Assembly (NCBI GenBank): GCA_040882055.1 | Contig: JBBECA010000065.1 | Location: forward strand, 19,457 to 83,456 | Reading direction: 5' to 3' | Length of the DNA stretch: 64,000 nucleotides | Source: Nitriliruptor sp. | GTDB taxonomy: Bacteria; Actinomycetota; Nitriliruptoria; Nitriliruptorales; Nitriliruptoraceae | In this document: piece after piece, positions 35,335-45,434 of the stretch | Position numbering within the stretch: position 1 is the stretch's first letter | Layout: each line of letters starts with the position of its first letter | The notes under the pieces: generated by a model | Database searches by the model: none | What the model was told of the DNA's origin: nothing | What the model saw: only the letters and a program-made list of their open reading frames with translations | Translations under genes and position numbers: made by a program

Positions 35335-36488
35335 CGGAAGCCCATCTGCGCGCGGACGTGGCTGGGCAGCTCGGGCAGCTCGCGCCGTGGCAGGTGGAAG
35401 GTGGCGAGGTCGGCGAGGTCGCCGAAGATCGTGTGCTTGGCCGCGGTCGCCTCGAGGTAGGCGTGACCGGACGTCCCGCCGGTCCCGACACGGGCGCCGA
35501 TGGCGCGACGCACCATCCGGGCGTGAGCCTGACGGAACGCGGTCACACCGGTGTCGAGGTCGATCAGCGCGGTCAGCAAGCGGAACGGCAGGTGCAACGC
35601 CGGCTGGTCGCGGTAGAGCTCGATGAGCAAGGCCGCGCGGATGGCCTCGTGGGTGAAAGCGCGCTTGCCCTGTGCCCGGAGATCCTCCCACTCCTCGCGA
35701 TCGAGGACGGTCGCGAACGACGCCGCGGTCTGCTCGAAGCTGGCGAGTTGCTGGTCGCGGACCGCCTTGTCGACCGACGGGTTGGTCGCGATCAGGTGCC
35801 GGTCGCGGTCGAGCATCGTGCGGACCGCGTCGGCGTAGGCCGCCCACAGGTCGAACCCGTCGAGGCGCACGAACGGGGTGCGCGCGAGCCAATCGTCGAC
35901 GACGGCACGCAGCGAGCGGCCCTCCTCGCTGGCCGCCACCGTCGCGGCATCGGTCGCATCGAGGCGCGAGGTGTAGACCGCGCCCTGGATCTTCAGGCGA
36001 CGAGCCGCATCCAAGCCGAGCCGGTTCTCGAGCAACCGGAACTGCGCCGACTGGAACCCCGAGGCCGGCACGAGGTCGTCGCGGAAGTCGAGGAAGTCGA
36101 GCGGCGTCATCGTCTCGAGCACGGCGAACTGGTGCAGCAGCACCGGGACGATCGTGACCATGCGCTCGAGGCGGTGGACCACCTGTCCCATCGCCTCGTC
36201 GGGGACGGGGTCGCGGTCGAGCGAACCGATGACCGCGTCGAGCTCGTGGAGCAGCTGGGCGAACCACAGCTCGAAGGCCTGGTGGGTGACGATGAACAGG
36301 TGCTCGTCGTGGGCAGGGCGTCCGTCGGCCATCCGGCTGATGGGGCGGATGGCCCCGAGGACCTCGTCGAGCCCGAGGTAGTCGCGGTAGTAGGTCACCC
36401 CGCGCTCGGGGTGCGGTCGGTCGGGGTCCGCGCCGTGTGGCTCGGGACGCGAGCGGTCGGGGTCCGCCCCGTGCGGTTCCTGTCCCAC
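35319..36488 (-). CDS. kynA: Tryptophan 2,3-dioxygenase
   Basis: YRDYLGLD, HDEHLFIVTHQAFELWF, LETMTPLDFLDFR, ASGFQSAQFR, GTGGTSGHAYL; GTG after GGAGGAGG. Confidence 0.92.
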   Translation of the reverse strand: MGQEPHGADPDRSRPEPHGADPDRPHPERGVTYYRDYLGLDEVLGAIRPISRMADGRPAHDEHLFIVTHQAFELWFAQLLHELDAVIGSLDRDPVPDEAMGQVVHRLERMVTIVPVLLHQFAVLETMTPLDFLDFRDDLVPASGFQSAQFRLLENRLGLDAARRLKIQGAVYTSRLDATDAATVAASEEGRSLRAVVDDWLARTPFVRLDGFDLWAAYADAVRTMLDRDRHLIATNPSVDKAVRDQQLASFEQTAASFATVLDREEWEDLRAQGKRAFTHEAIRAALLIELYRDQPALHLPFRLLTALIDLDTGVTAFRQAHARMVRRAIGARVGTGGTSGHAYLEATAAKHTIFGDLADLATFHLPRRELPELPSHVRAQMGFRYDSG

Positions 36489-36528
36489 CGGACCTCCTCC
36501 ACTCGGGCAACGCCCCACCGTAACCCGG

Positions 36529-37926
36529 TCAGGCAGGCTGGAGCTTGGCCCGTACCGGGGCATCGGCCCGCTGGGTGATGCCGTAGCGCATCGGGATCGG
36601 GCCACCCGGTGTCGCCACCCGCCAGCGGCGCAGCAGGACGGCCAGTGCGAGCGTCGCCTCGAGCATCGCGAAGTGCTCGCCGATGCACGACCGCGGACCG
36701 CCACCGAACGGCAGGTACGCGTAGTGGTCGCGATCGGCGGCCGCCTCCGGCAGGAACCGGTCCGGGTCGAAACGGTCCGGGTCCGGCCAGAAACGCTCGT
36801 TGCGGTGCAGTTCACCGAACACGGTCAGCGTCACGGTCCCCGCTGGCACCCGGTAGCCCGCGACGGTCGTGTCGACGGTCGCCGACCGGCCCGTGATGTA
36901 GGCCGGGGGGTGCAGCCGCATGGCTTCGAGCAGGCAGCGACGGGTCAACTCCATCGCGGCCGCGTCCTCCGGGCCAGGTCGCCGGTCGCCGACCACCCTG
37001 GCGATCTCGGCGCGGACCGCGTCCTGGAGATCCGGTCGGGCGCCGAGCTCGTGCAAGGTGAACGCCAGCGCCGTGCTCGTCGTGTCGTAGCCGGCCAGCA
37101 GGAAGATCAGTGCCTGCTCGAGGATCTCACGCTCGTCGAGACGCCCCCCCGTCTGGGGGTCCTCGGCGTCGAGCAGCCGCGAGACCAGGTCGTCGCGCTC
37201 GCCCGCGTGCGACGCGGCACGGTCGACGATGCGTTCGACCCGGTGCTCGAGGTCACGCTCCAGCGTCGCCAGCCGCCGGTTCTGTGGCGTCGGGAGCCAC
37301 CGTGGTGTGGTGACCGGCGCGACTCCCCGCCGGATGGTGAGCGCCGACAGTTCGTCGGTGGCGTGCACGATCGGGGCCACCTCGTCGGTCACGTCGGTGC
37401 CGAACAGCGCCCGGCTGACCGACCCGAGCGTGACCCGCTCCATCTCGTCGACCAACTCCACGTCCGGCCGACCGTTCCAGCTGTCACCGACGAACTCGGT
37501 CGCGGTCAGGAAGGCGTCGGTGTAGTCGGCGATGCGCCGCCGGGTGAACAAGGGCTGGAGGGTGCGCCGCTGGCCACGCCAGACGTCCCCCTCGCTCGTC
37601 AGTAGGCCGTTCCCGAGCCCGAGCGCGAGCTCGTCCCAGACCGGTGACCGCTTCACGAACCGCCGCGGGTCGGTCAGGATCTCGCGCACGGCCACCGGCT
37701 CGCAGGCGTAGACCAGCATCGACGGCGCGCCAGGCATCCACCTCGGGAGCCGCGCGGCGAAGACGTCACCGAAGCGTGCCCGTTGCTCGTGGACCCAGGC
37801 GAGCGGATCGCTACGCACCCGCAGGGTGCCGGTGACCGACGCACGGATGCCCGGGCCGGGCACCTCACGCCCGGGCTCGTCGGTCGCCCGCTCGGCGAGC
37901 GGCGGTGTCGGGGTCGAGGTGCTCAC
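36529..37926 (-). CDS. Cytochrome P450
   Basis: AGYDTT I-helix, [21 protein letters not shown] heme motif. Confidence 0.95.
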   Translation of the reverse strand: MSTSTPTPPLAERATDEPGREVPGPGIRASVTGTLRVRSDPLAWVHEQRARFGDVFAARLPRWMPGAPSMLVYACEPVAVREILTDPRRFVKRSPVWDELALGLGNGLLTSEGDVWRGQRRTLQPLFTRRRIADYTDAFLTATEFVGDSWNGRPDVELVDEMERVTLGSVSRALFGTDVTDEVAPIVHATDELSALTIRRGVAPVTTPRWLPTPQNRRLATLERDLEHRVERIVDRAASHAGERDDLVSRLLDAEDPQTGGRLDEREILEQALIFLLAGYDTTSTALAFTLHELGARPDLQDAVRAEIARVVGDRRPGPEDAAAMELTRRCLLEAMRLHPPAYITGRSATVDTTVAGYRVPAGTVTLTVFGELHRNERFWPDPDRFDPDRFLPEAAADRDHYAYLPFGGGPRSCIGEHFAMLEATLALAVLLRRWRVATPGGPIPMRYGITQRADAPVRAKLQPA

Positions 37927-37975
37927 GTGCCCTCCGGATCGTCCGGTCCGCGCGACCGTAGTACCCGCTGCGCTG

Positions 37976-38058
37976 CGCGATGCGCTCAGCTCCGACGCGT
38001 GCTCTCGCTACGCGCTGCGCTCGGCTCCGACGCGTGCTCTCGCTACGCGATGCGCTCG
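37976..38058. repeat. 35-bp tandem repeat (~2.4 copies) overlapping the VWA gene stop
   Basis: CGCG(A/C)TGCGCTC(A/G)GCTCCGACGCGTGCTCTCGCTA at 37976 and 38011, with a partial copy at 38046. Confidence 0.85.
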
Positions 38059-39464
38059 ACGAAGCTCGCGAGCTGCTTGAGGTTGCGGACCTCCACCATG
38101 TCGTCGACGTAGCGCGCGTAGCTGGCGGCGATGGAGTCACCGGTGTCCCAGAACTGGATCGGTTCGGGGTTGAGCCAGTACACGTGACGGGCGCGCTTGG
38201 TGAGGTCCTGCAGCACCCACGCGTTGGCCTGGCGGTAGTTGTTGCGCGCGTCCCCGAGGATGATGACCGTCGACCGCGGGGTGACGTCCCGGGCGTGGTC
38301 GGCGTGGAACTTCTCGAGGCTGTGGCCGTAGTCGGAGTGCCCGTCGAGCCAGACGAGCTCCGCCTCGACCATCATCCGCTTGATGGCGTCGCTGGCGTCG
38401 CTCTGGTCGAACAACGAGGTGACCTCGTCGAGGGTGTCGATGAACGCGAACGAGCGCACCTTGCTGAACTGCTCCTGCAGCGTGTGCACGAGCATCAGCG
38501 TGAACCGCGCGAACGAGGCCACCGACCCCGATACGTCGCAGATGACGAACAGCTCCGGCTTGTGGGGCCGGCGCGGCTTGAAGGTCGGGTCGAACGGAAC
38601 GCCGCCGGTGGACAGCGACTTGCGGACGGTCCTGCGCACGTCGAGGCGGCCGTCCTTGCCGTGACGCCGCTTGACCGCGACCCGGGTGGCGAGCTTGCGC
38701 GCCAGCGGCCGGACCTGGCTGCGCAGCTGCGCCTGATCCTCGGCCGAGAGGTGGAAGAAGTCGAGCTCCTCGACCGGCGGCCGGGTCATCCGATCCGCGA
38801 CCTGGTCGACGCCACGCTGCGCCGCAGCCCGCCGGCGGATCTCGGACTCGACCTCCTGCTGGAAGGTGCGCAGCCGGGCCTCGAACTCGTCACGCCACAG
38901 CCGCTCCTGGAGCGGAGTGGTCTGCTCCTCGTCCTCGACCCGGCGCGCGAGCAGGTCACGCAGGATCTGGGCGAGGTCCACGGCGCGGAAGACCTTGTAC
39001 TGGAAGTAGGACACCCCACCGTCGCGACCCTCGACGCGACCGAACCGGTCGACCGCCTCGCGGGCGAACTGGCGGATCGACTCGTCCCCGCCCGCCATGA
39101 GCTGGTCGATCAGATCGCGCAGGTACTCGTCGGGGTCGCCCTGCCCTTCCCCGTCGGGCCCGTCGGTGACCGACGGGGTGTCGTCGATGTCGGCCTCACG
39201 GGCGGGGAAGTACAGCTCGAACAGGTCGTCGAAGGCGCGGCGGTGGTTCCGGGTGGTGATGCAGGTCGCGGCGAGGGCTTCGCGGAGCTGCTCCCGTTCG
39301 AGCAGATCGAGGTGCGGGATGGTGCGCACCGCATCGATCGCCTCGGACTGGGTGGCGCTCACACCCGCCCGGCGGAGCGCGCCGACGAAGTCGAGGACGC
39401 GCTGCAGGAACCCGTGCACCGGCGGAGGGCCCTCGGCGAGGACCTGCGAGAGCTGGTCGGACAC
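38043..39464 (-). CDS. VWA-domain protein (CoxE-like)
   Basis: GRLDVRRTVRKS, ICDVSGSV MIDAS, GHSDYG, LGDARNN, WLNPEP. Confidence 0.9.
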   Translation of the reverse strand: MSDQLSQVLAEGPPPVHGFLQRVLDFVGALRRAGVSATQSEAIDAVRTIPHLDLLEREQLREALAATCITTRNHRRAFDDLFELYFPAREADIDDTPSVTDGPDGEGQGDPDEYLRDLIDQLMAGGDESIRQFAREAVDRFGRVEGRDGGVSYFQYKVFRAVDLAQILRDLLARRVEDEEQTTPLQERLWRDEFEARLRTFQQEVESEIRRRAAAQRGVDQVADRMTRPPVEELDFFHLSAEDQAQLRSQVRPLARKLATRVAVKRRHGKDGRLDVRRTVRKSLSTGGVPFDPTFKPRRPHKPELFVICDVSGSVASFARFTLMLVHTLQEQFSKVRSFAFIDTLDEVTSLFDQSDASDAIKRMMVEAELVWLDGHSDYGHSLEKFHADHARDVTPRSTVIILGDARNNYRQANAWVLQDLTKRARHVYWLNPEPIQFWDTGDSIAASYARYVDDMVEVRNLKQLASFVERIA

Positions 39465-39507
39465 GGGTGGCTCCTGGTGGGATGACGCGGTGACGACGGT
39501 ACTGCCG

Positions 39508-40998
39508 TCAGCCCCCGGCCGGCACGGCGGGGGCGGACACGAGGCCATCGTCGCGGGTGGTGATCACGAGCACCGCCTCGCCGTCGGCAGCCTCGCCACC
39601 GTCGTCGGCGCCCTCGGCGTCGGTACGGGTCAGGAGCACGGCGAGGCGGCCCTCCGGGGTGGTGGTGATGGCGCGGACGTTGACGTCCTCCACCGTCTCG
39701 GCGGTGACCGATCCCGCGGCGAGGTCGAGGCGTGCGAGGCGCTCCGGCCCACCGATCAGCAGGACCCCCTCCCCCCAGGCCAGGACGGCGTCGGTCACCG
39801 GACCCTCGAACGGCGTCCGTGCACCGTCCGCGTCGACGACGAGGACGTCCTCCTGGTCATCGCTCCCGGGCCTCGCGGTCGCGACCGCGAACCGATCGCT
39901 CGACGCGCCGAGGTCGGCGGCGGCACGCCGCAGCGGTCCGAGACCGGTGACGGCGGTGACCACCTCGCCGTCGGCGAGGTCGACGAGGACCAGGGCACCG
40001 TCGCCGCGGGGATCGGCGTCCTGCTCGGCGTCCGAGGGGTCGGGACGTCCGTGCAGCAGGGCGGTGTCCCGGCCGACCGCCGCGACCTCCCAACGGATCG
40101 CCGCGCTGTCGTCGAGCTCCGCCGCAGCCGCGAGCTGCGGACCAGCGAGCTCGAACCGCGCGGTACCGTCCCCGCGCCCGAACCCGGCCACGGCCGGTGC
40201 GGTGGCCTCCTCCTGCGGTCCGACCCGGCGCGCAGCGACGACCGTGTCCGGGCCGAGGGCAGCGCTCAACCGTTCGGCGAGCGTCCCGGGAGGTCCGGCC
40301 GGCTGCTCGAGCGGCGTGTCCCAGAGCACCCCCGCCTCGGCATCGCGCAGCTGCAGGGTCGGCGCATCGCCGTCCTCCTCGGCGCGGAAGAGCAGCAGCT
40401 GCCCGTCGCCGGCACCGAGCAGGAACGCGAACGGTGACCCGACGACCGCGGTGTCGACGCAGGTCCCGACCGACAGCTCGGAACCGGTCAGCGGGACCAA
40501 CGCGTCGGTCTGGCCCGTCCGCTGGTTCGGGAGCACCACGTGGTGGACGGCCGGCCCGTCGCCGACCACCGGATCGTCGCTGTCGAAGGTCGCGACCGGA
40601 GCCAACGACGGATCGAGGCTGGTGATCGTCCGTCCCGTGGTGAGCAGCCCCTCCCCGAACGCCACCACGTCCGCGGCGTCCCCGACCGCCAGTGCAGCGG
40701 TCACCGGCGCCCCGGCGGCAGCCTCGACGGCGGCCACGATCGCCTCGCCGTCGACCTGCAGCGTGTCGGCGACCACGTCGACGGGCGCCTGTCCCTCGGC
40801 GGCGTGGACCGCGGGCTCGGGGTCGACCACCGCCGCGCAGCCACCTCGGGCGAACAGCTGCGCGCTGACGACGCCGATCAGGATGAGACCGACCATCGAG
40901 ATCGCCCCGATGGTGAGCGTCCGCTTGTCGGCCGCGAGCGGATCCTCCCCTGCGGGCGGATCCCCGACCTCGGCCGGGCCCGGTGCAGCGTCGGTCAC
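39508..40998 (-). CDS. Hypothetical membrane-anchored extracellular protein (possible beta-propeller)
   Basis: Single N-terminal TM, acidic beta-rich body, high GC3; lies between the MoxR and VWA genes. Confidence 0.7.
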   Translation of the reverse strand: MTDAAPGPAEVGDPPAGEDPLAADKRTLTIGAISMVGLILIGVVSAQLFARGGCAAVVDPEPAVHAAEGQAPVDVVADTLQVDGEAIVAAVEAAAGAPVTAALAVGDAADVVAFGEGLLTTGRTITSLDPSLAPVATFDSDDPVVGDGPAVHHVVLPNQRTGQTDALVPLTGSELSVGTCVDTAVVGSPFAFLLGAGDGQLLLFRAEEDGDAPTLQLRDAEAGVLWDTPLEQPAGPPGTLAERLSAALGPDTVVAARRVGPQEEATAPAVAGFGRGDGTARFELAGPQLAAAAELDDSAAIRWEVAAVGRDTALLHGRPDPSDAEQDADPRGDGALVLVDLADGEVVTAVTGLGPLRRAAADLGASSDRFAVATARPGSDDQEDVLVVDADGARTPFEGPVTDAVLAWGEGVLLIGGPERLARLDLAAGSVTAETVEDVNVRAITTTPEGRLAVLLTRTDAEGADDGGEAADGEAVLVITTRDDGLVSAPAVPAGG

Positions 40999-40999
40999 G

Positions 41000-41905
41000 T
41001 CAGTTCATCTCGGGGCGCGGTGAGATCCGCAGGTGCTGGTTGGCCTTCTGGACGTCCTGTTGGTACTTGAGCAGCACGTTCATGGTGCTCCGGGCGACGT
41101 CCTCGTCGATGGTGTCGAACCCGAGCTCGAGCAACGTCCGGGCCCAGTCGAGCGTCTCGGAGATCGACGGCGGCTTCTTCAGCTCGAGCTGACGCAGCGA
41201 CCGCACGATCCGCACGAGCTGGTCGGCGAGCGCCTCGGGCGCCTCGGGCACGCGCGACATGACGATGTCGCGCTCGCGCTCGAGGGTGGGGTAGTCGAGG
41301 TAGAGGTACAGGCAGCGCCGCTTGAGGGCCTCGGACAGCTCGCGGCTGTTGTTGGAGGTCAACACGACGAACGGGTGCTTGGTCCCGGTCACGGTCCCGA
41401 GCTCGGGGATCGTCACCTGGAAGTCGGAGAGGATCTCGAGCAGCAGCGCCTCGAACTCGAAGTCGACCTTGTCGACCTCGTCGATCAGCAGCACCGTGTC
41501 GTTGGTGGCCCGCAGCGCCCGCAGCAGCGGCCGCTCCATCAGGTAGTCCTCGCCGAACAGGTCGTCCTCGACCTCGTCCCACGCCTCGCCGCCGGCGCCG
41601 GTCACCTCGCCACCGCGGGCGTGGGTGATGCGCAGCAGCTGCTTCTTGTAGTTCCACTCGTAGAGGGCCTTGGCCTCGTCGAGACCCTCGTAGCACTGCA
41701 GGCGGACGAGGTCGGCGCCGCGGGCGGCCGCGACGGCCTTGGCGAGCTCGGTCTTCCCGACACCGGCGGGACCCTCGACCAGGATGGGCTTACCGAGCCG
41801 TTCGGCGAGGTAGACGACGGTCTCGATCGAGGCGTCGACCAGGTACCCGGCCGCGGTGAGCCGATCGCGGACGTCGACGACGCCGGTGAACTCGCTGTTG
41901 GACAC
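41000..41905 (-). CDS. MoxR family AAA+ ATPase (CoxD-like)
   Basis: EGPAGVGKTELAK, RLQCYEGLDEAKALYEWNY, LLIDEVDK, LTSNNSRELSEALKRRC. Confidence 0.93.
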   Translation of the reverse strand: MSNSEFTGVVDVRDRLTAAGYLVDASIETVVYLAERLGKPILVEGPAGVGKTELAKAVAAARGADLVRLQCYEGLDEAKALYEWNYKKQLLRITHARGGEVTGAGGEAWDEVEDDLFGEDYLMERPLLRALRATNDTVLLIDEVDKVDFEFEALLLEILSDFQVTIPELGTVTGTKHPFVVLTSNNSRELSEALKRRCLYLYLDYPTLERERDIVMSRVPEAPEALADQLVRIVRSLRQLELKKPPSISETLDWARTLLELGFDTIDEDVARSTMNVLLKYQQDVQKANQHLRISPRPEMN

Positions 41906-42037
41906 GACTGCCTCCGGGAGGGCCGGCGAGGTGGGAGCGCGCCACGTCGCTCGAGGGGTCGAGACGGGGCGGGCGCCCCGCGAGGCTACGGCACCTCGCC
42001 CAGGCCCCCGAACCGAGCACCACGGCAGGAGACCGGC

Positions 42038-43054
42038 TCAGCGGGTACCGGCGCTCGGCTGACCGACGACGGCGGGGACGTCCCGCGGCAGGACCCCGTC
42101 ACGCGTGCCCGCTCCCGCTGCCACAGCGGGCTCCGGGAAGGTCCCGAGCTGCTCGATCCGGTAGCCGAGCGGGTAGAGCGGCCGTGACACCTCCGTGATC
42201 CGGTAGGGGCGACGACGAGGTGGCGCGAACCAGCGCAGCGCACGGGCGCGCACCTGGAGGGCGCCCGTCACGGCGGTACGGACCCACGCCGGCGGTCGGT
42301 CGTACCCGAGCGCGTCGATCAGTTCGGGTTCGAGCAGGGCGAGGGCGGCCTGCCGGGCGGCAGGGAGCAGGGGCTCCGGAACCCCGTAGACCTCGGTGAG
42401 GTACATCGTCATCGTCGCGTCGGCGACCGCGTGGTTGGCCGGGTCGTACCGGAACTCGGCCCGCTCGAAGGCCTCGTTCCACGCCGTGAACTCCTCGACC
42501 GTGTCCGGCAGGCCCGTGACACCCATGCGCGCCCCGAGCTCGCGCCAGTAGCGCCAGCCGGCGGCGATCTCGTGCGGGTGCATGTCACGCCAGCCGTAGC
42601 GTTCCACGAAGCGGCGCGGCTCGACCACGAACGTCGAGAGCACGTAGGTCATGTCGACCGGTCGGATCGGGAAGGCGGCGTGCATCCGGTTGATCCGCCG
42701 GATGGCCGCCCGCCCCCGTGGCGCATCGAGGCCGTGCTCCTCGACCTCGGCCAGCAGCAACTCGGTGTCGTCGTAGCGCTTCCGGGTGTCCTCGGTGAAC
42801 GCCCCCGAATCGAGCAGGATGCGGCTGATCGTCGGCACGGCGAAGGTCCGGAACAGCGCGAGGCTGAGGGCCGTCTCGGTGTCCCACGGGAACTCGTACG
42901 CGGAGCCGATCCGCGTGATGGCCGCGTACTCGCGGTCCGGATCGAGCTCGCGAACCTGCGCGAGGTGGCGGTCATCGCGGCCACGGGACCGGGCACGCAG
43001 CCCGGCCAGCGTGAGTGCGGCGCCCGCGAGCCCCAGGGTGCGCAGCCGGATCAT
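42038..43054 (-). CDS. Oxygenase MpaB/DUF2236 family protein
   Basis: ALFRTFAVPTIS, KRYDDT, IRRINRMH, YVLSTF, MGV; ATGA-coupled to the upstream hydrolase. Confidence 0.8.
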   Translation of the reverse strand: MIRLRTLGLAGAALTLAGLRARSRGRDDRHLAQVRELDPDREYAAITRIGSAYEFPWDTETALSLALFRTFAVPTISRILLDSGAFTEDTRKRYDDTELLLAEVEEHGLDAPRGRAAIRRINRMHAAFPIRPVDMTYVLSTFVVEPRRFVERYGWRDMHPHEIAAGWRYWRELGARMGVTGLPDTVEEFTAWNEAFERAEFRYDPANHAVADATMTMYLTEVYGVPEPLLPAARQAALALLEPELIDALGYDRPPAWVRTAVTGALQVRARALRWFAPPRRRPYRITEVSRPLYPLGYRIEQLGTFPEPAVAAGAGTRDGVLPRDVPAVVGQPSAGTR

Positions 43055-43986
43055 CGGGCGGCCCCGAGGTGATCGAGCACGGGTGGGAGCAGGCGGTCGA
43101 GGTACGCCACGGGGAGATCGTGGCCCCACCCGGGGATGGTGACCAGCTGCGCGCCAGGGATCGCCGCCGCCGTCGCGTGGCCACCGGAGACGTCGATCAG
43201 CGGATCGTCCTCGCCGTGCAGCACGAGCGTGGGCGCGCTGATGGCTGCCAGCGCCGCGGTCCGATCGCCGTCACCGCGGATGGCCAGCAGCTGACGCGCC
43301 GAGCCCCACTCGTGGACGCCGCGGGTGAACCCGACCCGCGCTCGGGCTGCGGCGCGCTCGTCGTCCTCGGCCCCCGGCGTACCGATGATCCGTTGCAGCT
43401 CGACCTGGTAGGTCACGTACGCGTCGAGGTCGCCGTGCGGAGGGACGCTGGTCAGCGCCGGCTTGGCGCGTTCGGTCGGACCACCGACGTCGCGCGCCCC
43501 GGTGGTCGACATCACCGACACCAGCGATGTGACCCGCTCCGGCGCGGCGAGCGCGACGTGCTGGGCGATCATCCCGCCCATCGAGACGCCGAGCACGTGC
43601 GCCCGGTCGATACCGAGGTGGTCGAGCACCTCGAGGTGGTCGAGCGCCATGCGGGCCAGCGTGTACGGCGAGCGGGGCCAACCGTCCTCCTCGCGTGGGA
43701 GGTCGAACGGGGTGCCTTCGTGGACGTGGCCACGTCCGACGTCGCGGTTGTCGGCGCAGACCGTGCGGTACCCGGCCTCGTGCAGAGCCGCGAGGACCTC
43801 CGGCGGCCACGCGGTGCGTTGCTGGCCGAGCCCCGGGACGAACAGGACCACCTCGCCGTCCTCGGGGCCGGACACGTGCACGTCGGTCGTAGCGCCGTCC
43901 GAGAGCGGGACGGCATCACCGACCGGCGGGCCCGCCACGTGGGCGAGGTCGCGCTCGTCGAGTCCGAGGTCGGTGCGGTCGGTCAC
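43051..43986 (-). CDS. Alpha/beta hydrolase
   Basis: [31 protein letters not shown]. Confidence 0.9.
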   Translation of the reverse strand: MTDRTDLGLDERDLAHVAGPPVGDAVPLSDGATTDVHVSGPEDGEVVLFVPGLGQQRTAWPPEVLAALHEAGYRTVCADNRDVGRGHVHEGTPFDLPREEDGWPRSPYTLARMALDHLEVLDHLGIDRAHVLGVSMGGMIAQHVALAAPERVTSLVSVMSTTGARDVGGPTERAKPALTSVPPHGDLDAYVTYQVELQRIIGTPGAEDDERAAARARVGFTRGVHEWGSARQLLAIRGDGDRTAALAAISAPTLVLHGEDDPLIDVSGGHATAAAIPGAQLVTIPGWGHDLPVAYLDRLLPPVLDHLGAAR

Positions 43987-44378
43987 GTCGTCTCCTGGTC
44001 CGGTTCCGTCCCGAGCAGGCCATCGAGCACGAACCGGCTCGTCACCTCGTTGGTGGCGAGCGGTACGCCGTGCAGGTCACACAGCTTCAGCAGGGCCTGG
44101 ATGTCGGGTTCGTGAGGGTGGGCGGTCAGCGGGTCGCGCAGGAACAGGACACCAGCCACATCGCCTTGGACGATGCGTGCCCCGATCTGCACGTCACCGC
44201 CGAGCGGCCCGCTGCTGACGCGCTCGACCTCGAGCCCCGTCGCCTCCGCGAGACGTTGTCCCGTCGTGCCGGTCGCGAGCAGCGCGAAGCGTGCGAGGTC
44301 GTCGCGCCGGCGCAGGGCGAAGGCGATGAGGTCGTCCTTCTTCGCGTCGTGCGCGATCAGGGCGAGGGTCCGCGGCAC
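43983..44378 (-). CDS. mgsA: Methylglyoxal synthase
   Basis: [34 protein letters not shown]. Confidence 0.95.
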   Translation of the reverse strand: MPRTLALIAHDAKKDDLIAFALRRRDDLARFALLATGTTGQRLAEATGLEVERVSSGPLGGDVQIGARIVQGDVAGVLFLRDPLTAHPHEPDIQALLKLCDLHGVPLATNEVTSRFVLDGLLGTEPDQETT

Positions 44379-44459
44379 GGTGGGCTCCGTTCGGTCGCTG
44401 CGAGCCTACGAGGTGACCACTAGCGTCGAACACGCCGCGCCGAACCGGAGGAGCATCCC

Positions 44460-45434
44460 TTGCGAGCCGTCCGCGTGTCCGAGCCCGGAGGTCCGGGCGC
44501 CATGCAGCTCGAAGAGGTCCCTGACCCCTCCCCCGGGGCGGGACAGGTGCTGGTCCGCGTCGCCGCGGCCGGGGTCAACTTCATCGACACCTACCAGCGC
44601 TCCGGCGCCTACCCGATGGAGACCCCCTTCGTGCTGGGGCTCGAGGGGGCCGGTGAGATCGTCGCGGTCGGTGAGGGCGTCGACGACGCCGCGGTCGGTC
44701 GGACCGTCGCGTGGGCTGGAGCGCTCGGGTCGTACGCCGACCTCGTGGTCGCCGATGCCGAAGCGGTCGTCCCCGTCCCTGATGGGGTGCCCGCCGAGGC
44801 CGCTGCCGCCCTGATGCTGCAGGGGATGACCGCCCACTACCTCAGCCACTCGACCTTCGCCGTCGGCCGCGACGACACCGCGCTGGTCTACGCCGCGGCG
44901 GGCGGCGTCGGACGGTTGCTCACCCAGCTGGCGGTGCGCCGCGGCGCCCGGGTCATCGGGCTGACCTCGACCGACGCGAAGGAGGCCGAGGCCCGCCGGC
45001 TCGGCGCCGACGCGGTCATCCGTTACCGCGACGAGGGCGTGGTCATCAGCGACGAGGCACGTCGGCTCACCGACGGCCGCGGCGTCCAGGTCGTCTACGA
45101 CTCGGTCGGCGCCGACACCTTCGACCAGTCGCTGCGCTCGCTCGCGCCGCGGGGGACGCTGGTGCTGTTCGGCCAGTCGTCGGGACCGGTCCCACCGATC
45201 GACCTCCAGACGCTGAACCAGCACGGCTCGCTGTTCGTCACCCGGCCGAGCCTCGGCGCCTACACCGCGACGCCCGACGAGCTGACCTGGCGCGCGACGT
45301 CGCTGTTCGACCTGTTCGCGGCCGGCGAGCTCGACGTCGCGATCCACGAGCGCTACCCCCTCGAGGATGCCGCCCGTGCCCACGAGGACCTCGCCTCGGG
45401 CAGCACCAGCGGCAAGCTCCTGCTCGTGCCGTGA
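44460..45434 (+). CDS. Quinone oxidoreductase (zeta-crystallin-like MDR family)
   Basis: GVNFIDTY, LQGMTAHYL, AAAGGVG, YDSVG, FGQSSG, GKLLL; TTG start after GGAGGAG. Confidence 0.9.
   Translation: MRAVRVSEPGGPGAMQLEEVPDPSPGAGQVLVRVAAAGVNFIDTYQRSGAYPMETPFVLGLEGAGEIVAVGEGVDDAAVGRTVAWAGALGSYADLVVADAEAVVPVPDGVPAEAAAALMLQGMTAHYLSHSTFAVGRDDTALVYAAAGGVGRLLTQLAVRRGARVIGLTSTDAKEAEARRLGADAVIRYRDEGVVISDEARRLTDGRGVQVVYDSVGADTFDQSLRSLAPRGTLVLFGQSSGPVPPIDLQTLNQHGSLFVTRPSLGAYTATPDELTWRATSLFDLFAAGELDVAIHERYPLEDAARAHEDLASGSTSGKLLLVP

Noticed and set aside
37976-38058. Possible mini-CRISPR array
   Set aside because: The repeats are contiguous with no spacers, and there are no cas genes in the window.
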